Below are positions 28,477-38,456 of a stretch of DNA of 64,000 bases, piece after piece. How positions within the stretch are numbered: position 1 is the first letter of the stretch; every line of letters begins with the position of its first letter. A program made the translations under genes and the position numbers. This stretch comes from Thermoanaerobaculia bacterium (GTDB lineage: Bacteria > Acidobacteriota > Thermoanaerobaculia > UBA5066), in the NCBI GenBank assembly GCA_038245905.1, contig JBBRRY010000006.1, forward strand, positions 32,001 to 96,000, read 5' to 3'. A model generated the notes under the pieces. The model saw only the letters and a list, made by a program, of their open reading frames with translations. It was not told where the DNA came from and ran no database searches.

Positions 28477-30443
28477 GACGCACTCCACGCGAGCAGGATC
28501 AGCAGCGTGACGACGATGTAGAGAATGTAGGCTTGGATCCGGCCCGCCTGGATCGCGCGCGCGAGGCCCAGAATTGACCGGCCGCGCGAGAACGCCGGCA
28601 GGAGGAAGCGGTCGAGCACCGGGTCAGGGGCGTGGCTCTCGAAGCGCTGCTCCGCCGCGGGGAAGGGGCCGTCCATGTGCGGGCGGTGCTCGTCAGGAAA
28701 CACGGCCCAGCGGAAGAGCCCCACGAGCATCTGCGCAAACGACGAGGCCGAATACTGGACCCGCGGGCTTCCTGCCGCATAGCCGCAGTCCCACGTCGTC
28801 GTCCGTAACGCGGGCCGGGTCCACGCGAAGGCCGCGACCCCAAACGCCGCGAGGACGGCGAGGAGAAAGAGCGGGACGAGGCCCAGGACGCCCAGGTCCG
28901 CGTTTCCACTGGTCCCCGCTCCGCCGGCGAGGAGCACGACCGCCGCGTCGCGGCTGAGGCGCGCGGCGACGGCGGGCGCAAGGCCGATCATGATGCAGGC
29001 GAGTGCGAGTCCTCCCATCGCAACGCGCATCGAGCCGCTCGCGTCCGCCCCCGTCGCGGCGCGGGCCGTACGCGGAGACCCGAGGAACACGACCGAGAAC
29101 GCCTTCACGAAGCAAGCCACGGCGAGAGCGCCGATGAACGCGAGGGCAGGGGCGCTCGCGGCGGCGCCGAGGACCCTCACCCCGCCGCCGTCGCTCGTGA
29201 GGGCCCGGAAGCTCCCGAGGGCGATCAGCCATTCGCTGACGAAGCCGTTGAGCGGCGGCAGGCCGCAGATCGCTGCGGCGCCGACGAGGAAGGCCGTCCC
29301 CGTGAAGCGCATCCGCCGGAAGAGGCCCCCCATCGCGTCGATCTCCCGCGTGCCGGTTGCGTGGATCACGGCCCCGGCCGCGTAGAAGAGGAGCGCCTTG
29401 AAGGCCGCGTGGTTCCAGACGTGAAGGAGCGCACCCGCGAACCCCAGAATCGCCCAGTCGAGCCGGCCCTGCGCCACGCCGAGGACACCGACGCCGAGCC
29501 CGATCAGGATGATGCCGATGTTCTCGATGCTGTGGTACGCGAGGAGGCGCTTCAGGTCGTGCTGCGCGAGCGCGAGAGCGACGCCCATGACGCCCGACGA
29601 GATCCCGAGGGCCACAAGGGCGAGGCCGAGCCACGTCGGATACGCCGGCAGCATCGTGAGGACCCTCACGAGCCCGTAGATCCCCACCTTCAGGACGACA
29701 CCCGAGAGGAGCGCCGAGACGTGACTCGGAGCGGCCGCGTGCGCGTCCGGCAGCCAGACGTGGAGGGGGATCACGCCCGCCTTGAGCCCGAACCCGGCGA
29801 GCGCGAGCACGAGGATCGGGCTGAGGAGCGCGGACGAGCCGAGCACTGCAGACGGAACGAGGAGCCAGCCGCCGGTCGCATCGCGCAGCAGTGTGAACAT
29901 CGCAAAGAGGACCAGCGTCCCCACGTGGGCCGACACGAGGTAGATCCATCCAGCTCTGAGCGCCTGGACGTCGTTCTGATCGGTCGTGACGAGAAAGAAG
30001 GCCGCGAGGGAGACGATCTCCCAGCCGGCGAGAAACGCCCACGCGTCGCCGGCCGCTATCACGAGCGCGAGGCTGCCGGTCGCGACGCCGTAGAACACGC
30101 GGAGCTTGCGGCCGTTCCCCGGGTGGCGGGACTCCGCCCAGTAGCCCTCACCGTAGATCGAGCCAAGGCCGGAAACGACGAAGACCGGAACGAGAAAGAA
30201 CGCCGAGAGCCGGTCGAGAGAGAACGTGATCGACCCGCCGGGCAGCGCCCAGGCGAACCGCGCCGTCACCGTCCCGCCGGTGAGCGCCCACACCGCGGCG
30301 CCGGTTCCGATCGCACATCCGAGGACGTGCAGCACGGTCGCGATGCGCTGGGCCGCCGTCGAGCCCGCCTTCAGGAGAAGGCCCGGGAACCCGCTGAACG
30401 CGACGAGCCCCGAGGCGAGAGCGAGGACCTGGAGGCTCGTCAT
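28470..30443 (-). CDS. HyfB-like antiporter subunit (second copy)
   Basis: Start MTSLQVL; GFGLKAGVIPLHVWLPDAHAAAPSHVSA, LAYHSIENIG, TWDCGY. Confidence 0.88.
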   Translation of the reverse strand: MTSLQVLALASGLVAFSGFPGLLLKAGSTAAQRIATVLHVLGCAIGTGAAVWALTGGTVTARFAWALPGGSITFSLDRLSAFFLVPVFVVSGLGSIYGEGYWAESRHPGNGRKLRVFYGVATGSLALVIAAGDAWAFLAGWEIVSLAAFFLVTTDQNDVQALRAGWIYLVSAHVGTLVLFAMFTLLRDATGGWLLVPSAVLGSSALLSPILVLALAGFGLKAGVIPLHVWLPDAHAAAPSHVSALLSGVVLKVGIYGLVRVLTMLPAYPTWLGLALVALGISSGVMGVALALAQHDLKRLLAYHSIENIGIILIGLGVGVLGVAQGRLDWAILGFAGALLHVWNHAAFKALLFYAAGAVIHATGTREIDAMGGLFRRMRFTGTAFLVGAAAICGLPPLNGFVSEWLIALGSFRALTSDGGGVRVLGAAASAPALAFIGALAVACFVKAFSVVFLGSPRTARAATGADASGSMRVAMGGLALACIMIGLAPAVAARLSRDAAVVLLAGGAGTSGNADLGVLGLVPLFLLAVLAAFGVAAFAWTRPALRTTTWDCGYAAGSPRVQYSASSFAQMLVGLFRWAVFPDEHRPHMDGPFPAAEQRFESHAPDPVLDRFLLPAFSRGRSILGLARAIQAGRIQAYILYIVVTLLILLAWSASW

Positions 30444-32410
30444 CGGACATACGGCCGGAGGACCGACCAGGCGAGCGTAACGAGAACCGTCAGGAAGACG
30501 TAAACGAGGTAGAGCGTGAGCCGGCCGCTCTGGAGCCTGTGAAGGCGCGCGAGCCGGCTGGCCCACCACGCGGCGAAGGGCTCGTAGAGCCTCTCTCCGA
30601 AAGGATCGGCGGCCGTCGTCCGGAAGGAGGCGGCCGCGGGAAACGCGCCGATCGGCGACACGGCCACCGGGGACGGCGCGAGAAGACCGGGCAGGAGCGA
30701 GGCGACGGCGGCGCCGAAAGACGCGGATGTGTACTGCATCCTCGCGGTCGGCGCCGCGTATCCGCAGTCCCACGTCGGCATCCGGCGGGGGGCGCGCGGA
30801 ATCAGAGTGAGGAGGAACGCTCCGGCGGCAGCAACTGCGAGAGCGAGCACCGCGAGAGCGCTCACGGGCCGGACCAGCGACGCGGCGAGGAAGGCGGGAT
30901 CCACGGGGCCCCGGAGCCAGGCGCCTTCGGCCGCGTTGAGCGCGCCGAGGACGGCGGACGGCCAGAGGCCGAGGCCGACGCACGCGGCCGCGAGGATCGC
31001 CATCGGGGCCGTCATGAGGATCGACGGCTCGTGCGCGCCGGCCGCCTCGGCGCTCCGCGGCGCACCGAGGAACGTGACCCCGACGATCCGGACGAAGGAC
31101 GCGAGCGCAAGCGCTCCCGACAACGCGAGCGCCGGAGCCCCGAACGCGAGCACCCACCCGCCCGGGGAGTGCGCCCGGAGCGTGCCGAAGAGCCCCAGCG
31201 CGATGAGCCACTCGCCGACGAATCCGTTGAGAAGCGGCAGCCCGGCGGCCGCGAGCGCGCCGACGAGGACGAGGGTCGCGGTGACCGGCATCCGGCGGGC
31301 GAGACCGCCGAGACGCTCCATGTTCCGCGTGCCCGCGGCGTGGACGATCCCACCCGAACCGAAGAAGAGGAGCGACTTGAAGCAGGCGTGGCTGAAGACG
31401 TGGAAGAGGGCGCCGCAGAACCCGAGTGTGACCCACGCGGGCTGCCCGAGCGTGCGGCCCGCGAGCGCCAGGCCGATCCCGAGCCAGACGATCCCCATGT
31501 TCTCGACGCTCGAATAGGCGAGCGCGCGCTTGAGATCGGTCTGGCCCGATGCGATCGCGATCCCGACGACCGCTGAGACGGCGCCGAGCCCCGCGACGAG
31601 GAGTCCCCACCACAGCGGCGGGACGTCGACGAGCGACGAGAAACGGAGGAGCCCGTAAATGCCGGCCTTGAGCATGACGCCCGACATGAGCGCCGAGACG
31701 TGGCTCGGCGCGTTCGCGTGGGCCGCGGGGAGCCAGAAGTGGAACGGCACGATCCCGGCCTTGACCCCGAACCCCACGACCGCGAGGAGGAAGACGACAG
31801 ACGCCGCGGGCGAGAGCGCGATCTTCTGGATTTCGAAGGAGCCCGTCTCCGCGCGCAGCAGGGCGAAGGCCGCGAACAGGCAGGCGGTCCCGGCGTGCGT
31901 CGCGACGAGGTACACCCACGCGGCCCGCCGGACCTCCGCGAGGGCGTCGTCCGTCGCGACGAGAAAGAAGGCGGAGACGGCCATGAGCTCCCACGCGAGA
32001 AGGAAGAGCAGTCCATGCGCCGCAAGGGTGACGAGGGCGAGACCGACCGTCATGAGCGCGTAGAAAAACCTGAGCCGCGCGGCCGACCGCGGCTGCTCCG
32101 AGGCGGACCAATAGCCGAGGCCGTAGACGGCGCCGAGGCCGGATACGAGAAAAATCACGACGAGAAACGCCGCCGAGAGCGCGTCGAGCCGGAGGAGGAT
32201 CGCGCCGCCGGGCACGTGCCACGGTGCGACGAGGAGCCCGGGCCGGGACGCGAGGAGGGCGGCGACCGCCGCGGCAAGGCCGACGACCGACCCGGCGGCC
32301 GACAGGCATGCGGCCGCGCGCTCCGCATGCCGTCCGCGCCCGGCCAGGGGCAGGACTCCGCCCCCGAGGTGAAGGACGAGCGCGGCGAGGACCGCTTCAA
32401 CGGGGGCCAC
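30440..32410 (-). CDS. HyfB-like antiporter subunit (first copy)
   Basis: GFGVKAGIVPFHFWLPAAHANAPSHVSA, LAYSSVENMG, TWDCGY. Confidence 0.88.
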   Translation of the reverse strand: MAPVEAVLAALVLHLGGGVLPLAGRGRHAERAAACLSAAGSVVGLAAAVAALLASRPGLLVAPWHVPGGAILLRLDALSAAFLVVIFLVSGLGAVYGLGYWSASEQPRSAARLRFFYALMTVGLALVTLAAHGLLFLLAWELMAVSAFFLVATDDALAEVRRAAWVYLVATHAGTACLFAAFALLRAETGSFEIQKIALSPAASVVFLLAVVGFGVKAGIVPFHFWLPAAHANAPSHVSALMSGVMLKAGIYGLLRFSSLVDVPPLWWGLLVAGLGAVSAVVGIAIASGQTDLKRALAYSSVENMGIVWLGIGLALAGRTLGQPAWVTLGFCGALFHVFSHACFKSLLFFGSGGIVHAAGTRNMERLGGLARRMPVTATLVLVGALAAAGLPLLNGFVGEWLIALGLFGTLRAHSPGGWVLAFGAPALALSGALALASFVRIVGVTFLGAPRSAEAAGAHEPSILMTAPMAILAAACVGLGLWPSAVLGALNAAEGAWLRGPVDPAFLAASLVRPVSALAVLALAVAAAGAFLLTLIPRAPRRMPTWDCGYAAPTARMQYTSASFGAAVASLLPGLLAPSPVAVSPIGAFPAAASFRTTAADPFGERLYEPFAAWWASRLARLHRLQSGRLTLYLVYVFLTVLVTLAWSVLRPYVR

Positions 32411-32440
32411 GTGACCCCCTCGTCCCGGGCGGGGCGGGTT

Positions 32441-33112
32441 TCACGAGGACGCCCCCTCGGCGTTCCGGGCGATCTCGACGAGGCAGGCGGCCGTCGCGCG
32501 GCCCCTGATCGCCTCCCGGAACGCCGGGTCGCGGAGGACGAACGCGATCTTCGCGAGCATCTGGAGGTGGACGCGCGTCGTCGGACTGACGAGGAAGAAC
32601 AGCGCGAAGACGGCTTGTCCGTCCGGCGCCGCAAAGTCGACGGGCTGCCGGAGGAAGAAGAGCGCGACGAACGGCTCGCCCGTGGAGAGGGCGATCGGGT
32701 CTCTCACGTGCGGAATCGCGATCCCGGCGCCAACCGGCACGACCGCCCCGGCGTCGCGGGCGAGGAGAAGCTGAAGGAGCGTGTCGCGGTCCCCCTCGTC
32801 CTCGAGCTTCAGCAGCGCGACGATGGACCGGAGGACCTTGGCGCGGGTCTCGCCCGCGACGTCGTGAAAAACGCCGCCCCGTTCGAGACTCTCGGCCACG
32901 GACGGGATGCGCTCGTCCTCCTCGGCCTCGTGGAACAGGGCCGGCGCGACCGGGATGTTCCGCCGGGTCGCCCACTCGAGGAGCTCGCTCCTGTTGATCC
33001 GGTACTGGTCGTTGATCCGGTACGCGGGGAGGTCGCCCGACTCGATCCAGTCATACACCTTCGGCTCGGGCGCGTTCAGCAGAGACGCGGCCTCCCGGAC
33101 CGTTACACGCAC
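32441..33112 (-). CDS. Excisionase/BldC-like HTH fused to PTS EIIA (PtsN-like) domain
   Basis: TVREAASLL...VYDWIESGDLPAYRINDQYRI; GIAIPHVR phospho-His motif; HLQMLAKI. Confidence 0.88.
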   Translation of the reverse strand: MRVTVREAASLLNAPEPKVYDWIESGDLPAYRINDQYRINRSELLEWATRRNIPVAPALFHEAEEDERIPSVAESLERGGVFHDVAGETRAKVLRSIVALLKLEDEGDRDTLLQLLLARDAGAVVPVGAGIAIPHVRDPIALSTGEPFVALFFLRQPVDFAAPDGQAVFALFFLVSPTTRVHLQMLAKIAFVLRDPAFREAIRGRATAACLVEIARNAEGASS

Positions 33113-33122
33113 AGGGTGTGCC

Positions 33123-33839
33123 TCACCGGGCTGCCGACGCCCGGAGGCGCTCCTCGGCGTCGCGGATCGCCGCGATCACCTCGTCGGCGCCCTTGCTGCG
33201 CACGATGCGGCCGATCAGGGCGGGGTTTCCGAAGAGCTTCACGGCGCGAGAGATCGCGAGGAGGTAGCCCTGCACCGTCCGCGCGAGGATGACGACGATG
33301 ACCCGGGGCCGGTGGCCGTGCGGGTCGTGAAACGTCACGGGCTCTTTCGCCACCGCGAGCAGGATCTGCTTCCTCGCAAACCTGAAGTCCGCCGGCGAGT
33401 TCGGATGGGGAAACGCCGCGTCCTTGACGAGAGCGGTCGAACAGAGCTCCTCACGGGCCCGGATCGACTCGAAGAGCGCGTCCCGGTCGACCCCGGGATC
33501 CAGCGTCGCGTGCGCGATCATCCAGGCGAGCAACTCGTCCCGCGGCAGCTGCGGCGCGTCGCGCCAGACGTTCTTCGGCGAGAGGAGCGGGTGGATGTCG
33601 ATCTCCGACGGCGCGAGATCTTCGAGGAGCGCTTTCTGCCCCTCGACCTCCACATTTCGGACCTGCTCGTCCAGCCAGGCGTCGACGTCCCTCTTCCGAA
33701 ACCGCCACTGGGCGCCGACCCGGACCGCGGGTAGGAGGCTCTTGTCGAGCATCCGGTAGATCGTCTTCTCCGAAACCATGAGGTACTCGGACAGCTGCCG
33801 GATCGTGAGGATGGCGCCCGGTTGCCCGGACGGACTCAC
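33123..33839 (-). CDS. Second excisionase/BldC-like HTH - PTS EIIA fusion
   Basis: RBS AAGGAGG before GTG at 33839; LTIRQLSEYL.VSEKTIYRM...PAVRVGAQWRF; REELCSTA..AAFPH. Confidence 0.85.
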   Translation of the reverse strand: MSPSGQPGAILTIRQLSEYLMVSEKTIYRMLDKSLLPAVRVGAQWRFRKRDVDAWLDEQVRNVEVEGQKALLEDLAPSEIDIHPLLSPKNVWRDAPQLPRDELLAWMIAHATLDPGVDRDALFESIRAREELCSTALVKDAAFPHPNSPADFRFARKQILLAVAKEPVTFHDPHGHRPRVIVVILARTVQGYLLAISRAVKLFGNPALIGRIVRSKGADEVIAAIRDAEERLRASAAR

Positions 33840-33977
33840 GGGCCTCCTTTCCTCATCAATGGACAACACTGGACACGAAGATACATCAATCCCGGCCAAT
33901 GGACAACCGGCACCTTGAAACGCGACCCGGACCCGAACTTCCGCCGCGCTCTTCCGTATAGAAAGGCGAGGTCTCGC

Positions 33978-35198
33978 ATGTCCAAGAAATTCAAATGGAT
34001 CCTGTCCGTCGCGGGCATCGTCGCGCTCGCCGGCGGAGGCGTGGTTTTTGCCTCCCGGGGCAAGGAAAAGGGCAAGGGACCGGACCAGCCCCCGTTCCGC
34101 CTCGGCAAGGTCCAGTCCGAGGACCTGCAGGTGAGCGTCCGCGAGGTCGGCGTCGTCGACCCTGAGACCAAGGTGGACGTGAAGTCCGTCGTTTCGGGCC
34201 GTGTCGTGTCCCTCAAGGTCCGAGACGGAGCCGTCGTGAAAGCGGGAGACGTCCTGGCCGAGGTGGAGCCTGACGTCACGCAGGCCCAGTCCCTCTCCGA
34301 CGTTAGGGCCGGCGTCACACAAGCCGAAGTCGCCCTGAAGGACGCCGAGCGCCAGCTCGCATCCCAGGGGCGCCTCTTCAAGGAAGGTCTCATCGGGAGC
34401 GAGATTCTCAAGGACTTCGTCACGAAGCGAGACCTCGCGGCCGAGAACGTCAAAGCCGCCCGGCAGCGCTACCAGATCGTCGAGGGGCATGGCATCCCGA
34501 TCTCGGGCGACGCCGTGACGCAGCGCGCGCGCGTCACCGCCCCGATGTCGGGCGTCGTCATCACGAAGGGCGTCGAGCTGGGCGAGACGGTCACATCCGG
34601 CGTGTCGTCGTTCAACGCGGGGACGATTCTCTTCACCGTCGCGGACCTCAAGACGCTCTTGATCAAGGTGAACCTCAACGAGGTCGACATCGCGAAGGTC
34701 AAGGTCGGCCAGAGTGTGCGCATCACGCTGGACGCCTACCCGCAGAAGAATTTCTCCGGGAAGGTCCGCTTCGTCGCCCCGGCCGCGAAGCTCCTCGACA
34801 AGATCAAGGTCTTCCCCGTCGAGATCGCGCTCGACGAGCTCGGCGACTCGTACCGCACGGGCATGAGCGCGAACGTCGAGATTCTCGGCGAGAAGAAGGA
34901 GAAGGCCGTCTCGATCCCGCTCGAGGCGCTTCAGCGCCGCGATGGGAAGACCGTCGTCTATCGCCTGAAGGACAACCTCACCCCGAAGCTGATCGCGTCC
35001 GCGAAGGACGGCCTCGGCGGCCGCGGCAAGTACATCTGGCTCTCAGACCACTGGAAGGACTACTACGACGCCGTCCCGGTCGATGCCGGCATCGCGACCC
35101 TCGAGCGCGTCGAGATCCGCTCCGGACTCAAGGGCACCGAGCAGGTCGCCCTCGAGGACCCGACGAAGAAGAAGGTCGAGAAGGACGATGACAACTGA
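33978..35198 (+). CDS. Periplasmic adaptor (MacA-like membrane fusion protein)
   Basis: N-terminal TM; VKSVVSGRV...V..GDVL and APMSGVV lipoyl-like halves; RTGMSANV. Confidence 0.88.
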   Translation: MSKKFKWILSVAGIVALAGGGVVFASRGKEKGKGPDQPPFRLGKVQSEDLQVSVREVGVVDPETKVDVKSVVSGRVVSLKVRDGAVVKAGDVLAEVEPDVTQAQSLSDVRAGVTQAEVALKDAERQLASQGRLFKEGLIGSEILKDFVTKRDLAAENVKAARQRYQIVEGHGIPISGDAVTQRARVTAPMSGVVITKGVELGETVTSGVSSFNAGTILFTVADLKTLLIKVNLNEVDIAKVKVGQSVRITLDAYPQKNFSGKVRFVAPAAKLLDKIKVFPVEIALDELGDSYRTGMSANVEILGEKKEKAVSIPLEALQRRDGKTVVYRLKDNLTPKLIASAKDGLGGRGKYIWLSDHWKDYYDAVPVDAGIATLERVEIRSGLKGTEQVALEDPTKKKVEKDDDN

Positions 35199-35886
35199 CC
35201 GGGCGATCATCGAGACGGCCGGCCTCACGAAGGTCTTCGGCGCGAACGGGAACGCCGTCCACGCGCTCCGGGGCATCGACCTGACGGTCGCGCGCGGCGA
35301 GTTCGTCGCTCTTGTCGGCCCCTCGGGCTCGGGCAAGTCGACGCTCATGGCGATCATCGGCTGCCTCGACTCGCCGACGGCGGGGACGTACGCGATCGAC
35401 GGCGTGCCCGTGCAGGGCCTCTCGGGCGCGGCTCTCGCGCGCATCCGGAACGAGAAGATCGGCTTCGTCTTCCAGAGCTACAACCTCCTGCCCAAGGCCT
35501 CGGTCCTGCGCAACGTCGAGCTGCCGCTCCTCTACGCGGGCATCTCGCGCAAGGAGCGCCGACGCCGCGCGCTCGAACTCCTCGAAAAGGTCGGAATTCC
35601 GGAGAAGGCGAACGTGCTTCCGGCGCAGCTCTCGGGCGGCCAGCGCCAGCGCACGGCGATCGCGCGCGCTCTTGCGAACACGCCCGCGCTCCTCCTCGCG
35701 GACGAGCCAACGGGCGCCCTCGACTCGAAAACGGGCGAGGAGGTCCTCGCCCTGTTCCAGGAGCTGAACCGGCAGGGCAACACGGTCGTCCTCGTCACAC
35801 ACGACCCGCACATCGCCTCGCTCGCTCAGCGAAAGGTCGAGCTGCGCGACGGCCTCGTGGTCGACCCCGAGCAGAAGGCGGCCTGA
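35188..35886 (+). CDS. ABC transporter ATP-binding protein (MacB/LolD type)
   Basis: [32 protein letters not shown]. Confidence 0.95.
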   Translation: MTTDRAIIETAGLTKVFGANGNAVHALRGIDLTVARGEFVALVGPSGSGKSTLMAIIGCLDSPTAGTYAIDGVPVQGLSGAALARIRNEKIGFVFQSYNLLPKASVLRNVELPLLYAGISRKERRRRALELLEKVGIPEKANVLPAQLSGGQRQRTAIARALANTPALLLADEPTGALDSKTGEEVLALFQELNRQGNTVVLVTHDPHIASLAQRKVELRDGLVVDPEQKAA

Positions 35887-37133
35887 TGTTCTCCGGCGCC
35901 TTCCGGGAGCGCCTCTTCGGGGCCTGGGTCGAGATCCGCGAGAACCTCGGGCGTTCGACGCTCCAGACGCTCGGGGTCATCCTCGGCGTCGCATCCGTCC
36001 TCGGCGGGTTCTCGATCTCGGACAGCCAGAGGAAACGCAGCGACGAGCGCTGGGTGAAGCTCGGCGGGATGGACCGGCTGAACGTCCAGCCCTCCGGGGC
36101 GATCAAGGACAACCAGCCGACCGCTCTCCAGAACGCGAACCTCGGCCTTCGCCACGAGGACGCCGAGGAGGGCAACGCCCTCGATACCCAGGTCACGTCC
36201 GGCGTCTCGCAGCAGAAGAACGCGCGCGCCCGGGTGCGCTCGGCGTACGCCGACCAGGACCGCCAGATCACCGGCATCGCCGGCGACTACATGGCCCTCA
36301 ACGGTTACGCGATCGAAAGGGGCCGCACTCTTACGGCCGAGGACTTCGAGAACGGGAGGCCCGTTGCGATCCTCGGGGCGGAGGCTGCCTCCACGTTCTT
36401 CCCGACGGGCGAGATCGTCGGCCAGACGATCCGCCTCGGCGACATCCCGGTCACGGTCGTCGGGACGTTCTCGGAGAAGGTCTTCCGCTTCCGCGAGAAC
36501 CAGAAGAACCAGTTCTGGTGGCGCAACCGCGTCATCGCGGTCCCGTCCACGCTCGTCGCGAGGCGGATGAACGGTGACAAGTGGCAGCGCGTGGATCGCG
36601 TCGTGTTCCGGATCCGCGATCTGAACGTCATGGAGAAGTTCGGCGACGGCCTCTCGAGCCTCCTCCTCGGCAACCACCGCCAGCAGGAGGACTTCCGGAT
36701 CGACGACATCGCGGCGCGCATCCGCAAGCGGCGGAGCCAGGGCGACGTCTACAACGTCATCTTCATGCTCTCGGGGATCCTGTCGCTCATCGGCGGCGGC
36801 ATGGTCAACGTGAACATCCAGATGGCGACCCTCAAGGAGCGCGTGCGCGAGGTCGGCGTGAAAATGGCGATCGGCGCCTCGGGCCGCGAGATCTTCAAGG
36901 GCTTCATGATCGAGGCGCTCCTCCTGACGGGCTTCGGCGCGGCCGCCGGACTGGTTGGCGGGGTCCTGTTCTCGAAGACGATCACGTCGTTCCTGCAGAT
37001 CCCGCTCTTCATGCAGCCCGCAAGCTTCCTGTGGGCCTTCGCGCTCGCCGCCGGATTCGGTTTCCTCTTCGCGCTCTATCCCGCGTGGAAGGCGAGCCGC
37101 CTCTCACCGATGGAAGCGCTTCGATATGAGTAG
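35886..37133 (+). CDS. ABC transporter permease (MacB/FtsX family)
   Basis: RSTLQTLGVILGV, ERVREVGVKMAIGA, YPAWKASRLSPMEALRYE. Confidence 0.9.
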   Translation: MFSGAFRERLFGAWVEIRENLGRSTLQTLGVILGVASVLGGFSISDSQRKRSDERWVKLGGMDRLNVQPSGAIKDNQPTALQNANLGLRHEDAEEGNALDTQVTSGVSQQKNARARVRSAYADQDRQITGIAGDYMALNGYAIERGRTLTAEDFENGRPVAILGAEAASTFFPTGEIVGQTIRLGDIPVTVVGTFSEKVFRFRENQKNQFWWRNRVIAVPSTLVARRMNGDKWQRVDRVVFRIRDLNVMEKFGDGLSSLLLGNHRQQEDFRIDDIAARIRKRRSQGDVYNVIFMLSGILSLIGGGMVNVNIQMATLKERVREVGVKMAIGASGREIFKGFMIEALLLTGFGAAAGLVGGVLFSKTITSFLQIPLFMQPASFLWAFALAAGFGFLFALYPAWKASRLSPMEALRYE

Positions 37134-38418
37134 CCTCGTCCTCGACGCTCCGACGCCGCCGCTCCTCGCGGAGCGCCGCCTGTCGCTCGGAGCCCGCGCC
37201 GGCCTCGTGTGGGAGGTCGTCGCGGGCGGGTTCGTCGAGCTCTGGGCGCACAAGCTGCGCTCGCTCCTGACGCTCACGCTCCTCATGCTCGGCGTCTTCG
37301 CCCTCGTCGTCATGACCTCCGTCCTCGACGGCGTCATGGACAAAGTCTCGATCGGGTTCTCCGGGATGAGCTGGGACGGGACGGTCGTCATCCAGCCCAA
37401 GACGGCCGAGACGACCGAGGAGCAGAAGCGCTTCGCGATGAGCCCCGGCCTCCGGTACGAGGACCTCGCACGTGTCGCGGCGCCACACCCGGCCGTCGTC
37501 GCGTTCCTCCCGCGCGCGACGAAGCAGACGCGCGTGAGGACCGCCGGCGGCCCGGAACGGATCTGGGTCACCGGTCTCACGCCCGACTACGCGCTTCTCA
37601 TGAACCGCCCGATCGCGTCCGGGCGCGGCCTCACCGAGGACGACCGCAAGCGCCGCAGCATGGTCGCCGTCGTCGGCTCGACACTCGGCGTCAAGCTCTT
37701 CGCCGGCGCCGACCCGGTCGGACGCGATGTCCTCGTGGACGGCCTCGCGTTCCGGATCGTCGGCCTGCAGGCGCCGGTCCAGATCTTCAATGAGGAGATG
37801 TGGCTCGACTCGAACGGGCTCATGATCCCCCTCGAGACGTACGTGGATCGCCTGGACGCGAGCCACAAGCTGACGACTGTGGCCGTCAAGCTGCGCAAAC
37901 GGTCCGACCTCGACGAGGTATCGGCGCTCGTCCTCGGGCGGACGAAGCAGGCCCATCACGGGATCGAGGACGTCGAGATCAAGGACCTAGAGTCGGAGGC
38001 CGCGCGCTCCTATGCCGGGTTCCTCGAGCAGATGCGCGGGTGGCGTGTCGTCCTCTCGAGCCTCGCCGGGACGGTCCTCCTCGTGGGCGGCGTCGGCGTC
38101 CTTTCCGTGATGCTGATCTCGTTCTCGGACCGAAGGTACGAGATCGGCCTCCGCAAATCGCTCGGCGCCACCGACGGAGAGATCTTCGTCCAGTTCCTCC
38201 TCGAGGCCTGCATCCTCGCGGCGCTCGGCGCGTTCGCGGGAACCCTCGGTGGCGCGGTACTCTGCAAGGCGCTCTCGTCGAAGTTCCCCTACGGCCTCGT
38301 CGTGAACCCGATGGGCCTCCTCGTCGCGTGGGCCGTCGCCCTCGGCCTCGCGCTCGTCTTCGGCCTCTACCCCGCGATCCGCGCCTCGCGCCTCTCGCCG
38401 ATGGAAGCGATGCGGTAG
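37126..38418 (+). CDS. ABC transporter permease (MacB/FtsX family)
   Basis: HKLRSLLT, RRYEIGLRKSLGA, YPAIRASRLSPMEAMR. Confidence 0.9.
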   Translation: MSSLVLDAPTPPLLAERRLSLGARAGLVWEVVAGGFVELWAHKLRSLLTLTLLMLGVFALVVMTSVLDGVMDKVSIGFSGMSWDGTVVIQPKTAETTEEQKRFAMSPGLRYEDLARVAAPHPAVVAFLPRATKQTRVRTAGGPERIWVTGLTPDYALLMNRPIASGRGLTEDDRKRRSMVAVVGSTLGVKLFAGADPVGRDVLVDGLAFRIVGLQAPVQIFNEEMWLDSNGLMIPLETYVDRLDASHKLTTVAVKLRKRSDLDEVSALVLGRTKQAHHGIEDVEIKDLESEAARSYAGFLEQMRGWRVVLSSLAGTVLLVGGVGVLSVMLISFSDRRYEIGLRKSLGATDGEIFVQFLLEACILAALGAFAGTLGGAVLCKALSSKFPYGLVVNPMGLLVAWAVALGLALVFGLYPAIRASRLSPMEAMR

Positions 38419-38456
38419 AACCTGGGTTCCGCGGCCACCGCCGCTAAGATGCGCGC

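Noticed and set aside
28470-32309. 1279-aa giant ORF in the track
   Set aside because: The N-terminal half is an off-frame shadow of HyfB copy 1; the real gene starts at 30443 (ATGA overlap)
32441-33839. Prophage or ICE excisionases
   Set aside because: The HTH domains are fused to EIIA; no integrase or att context
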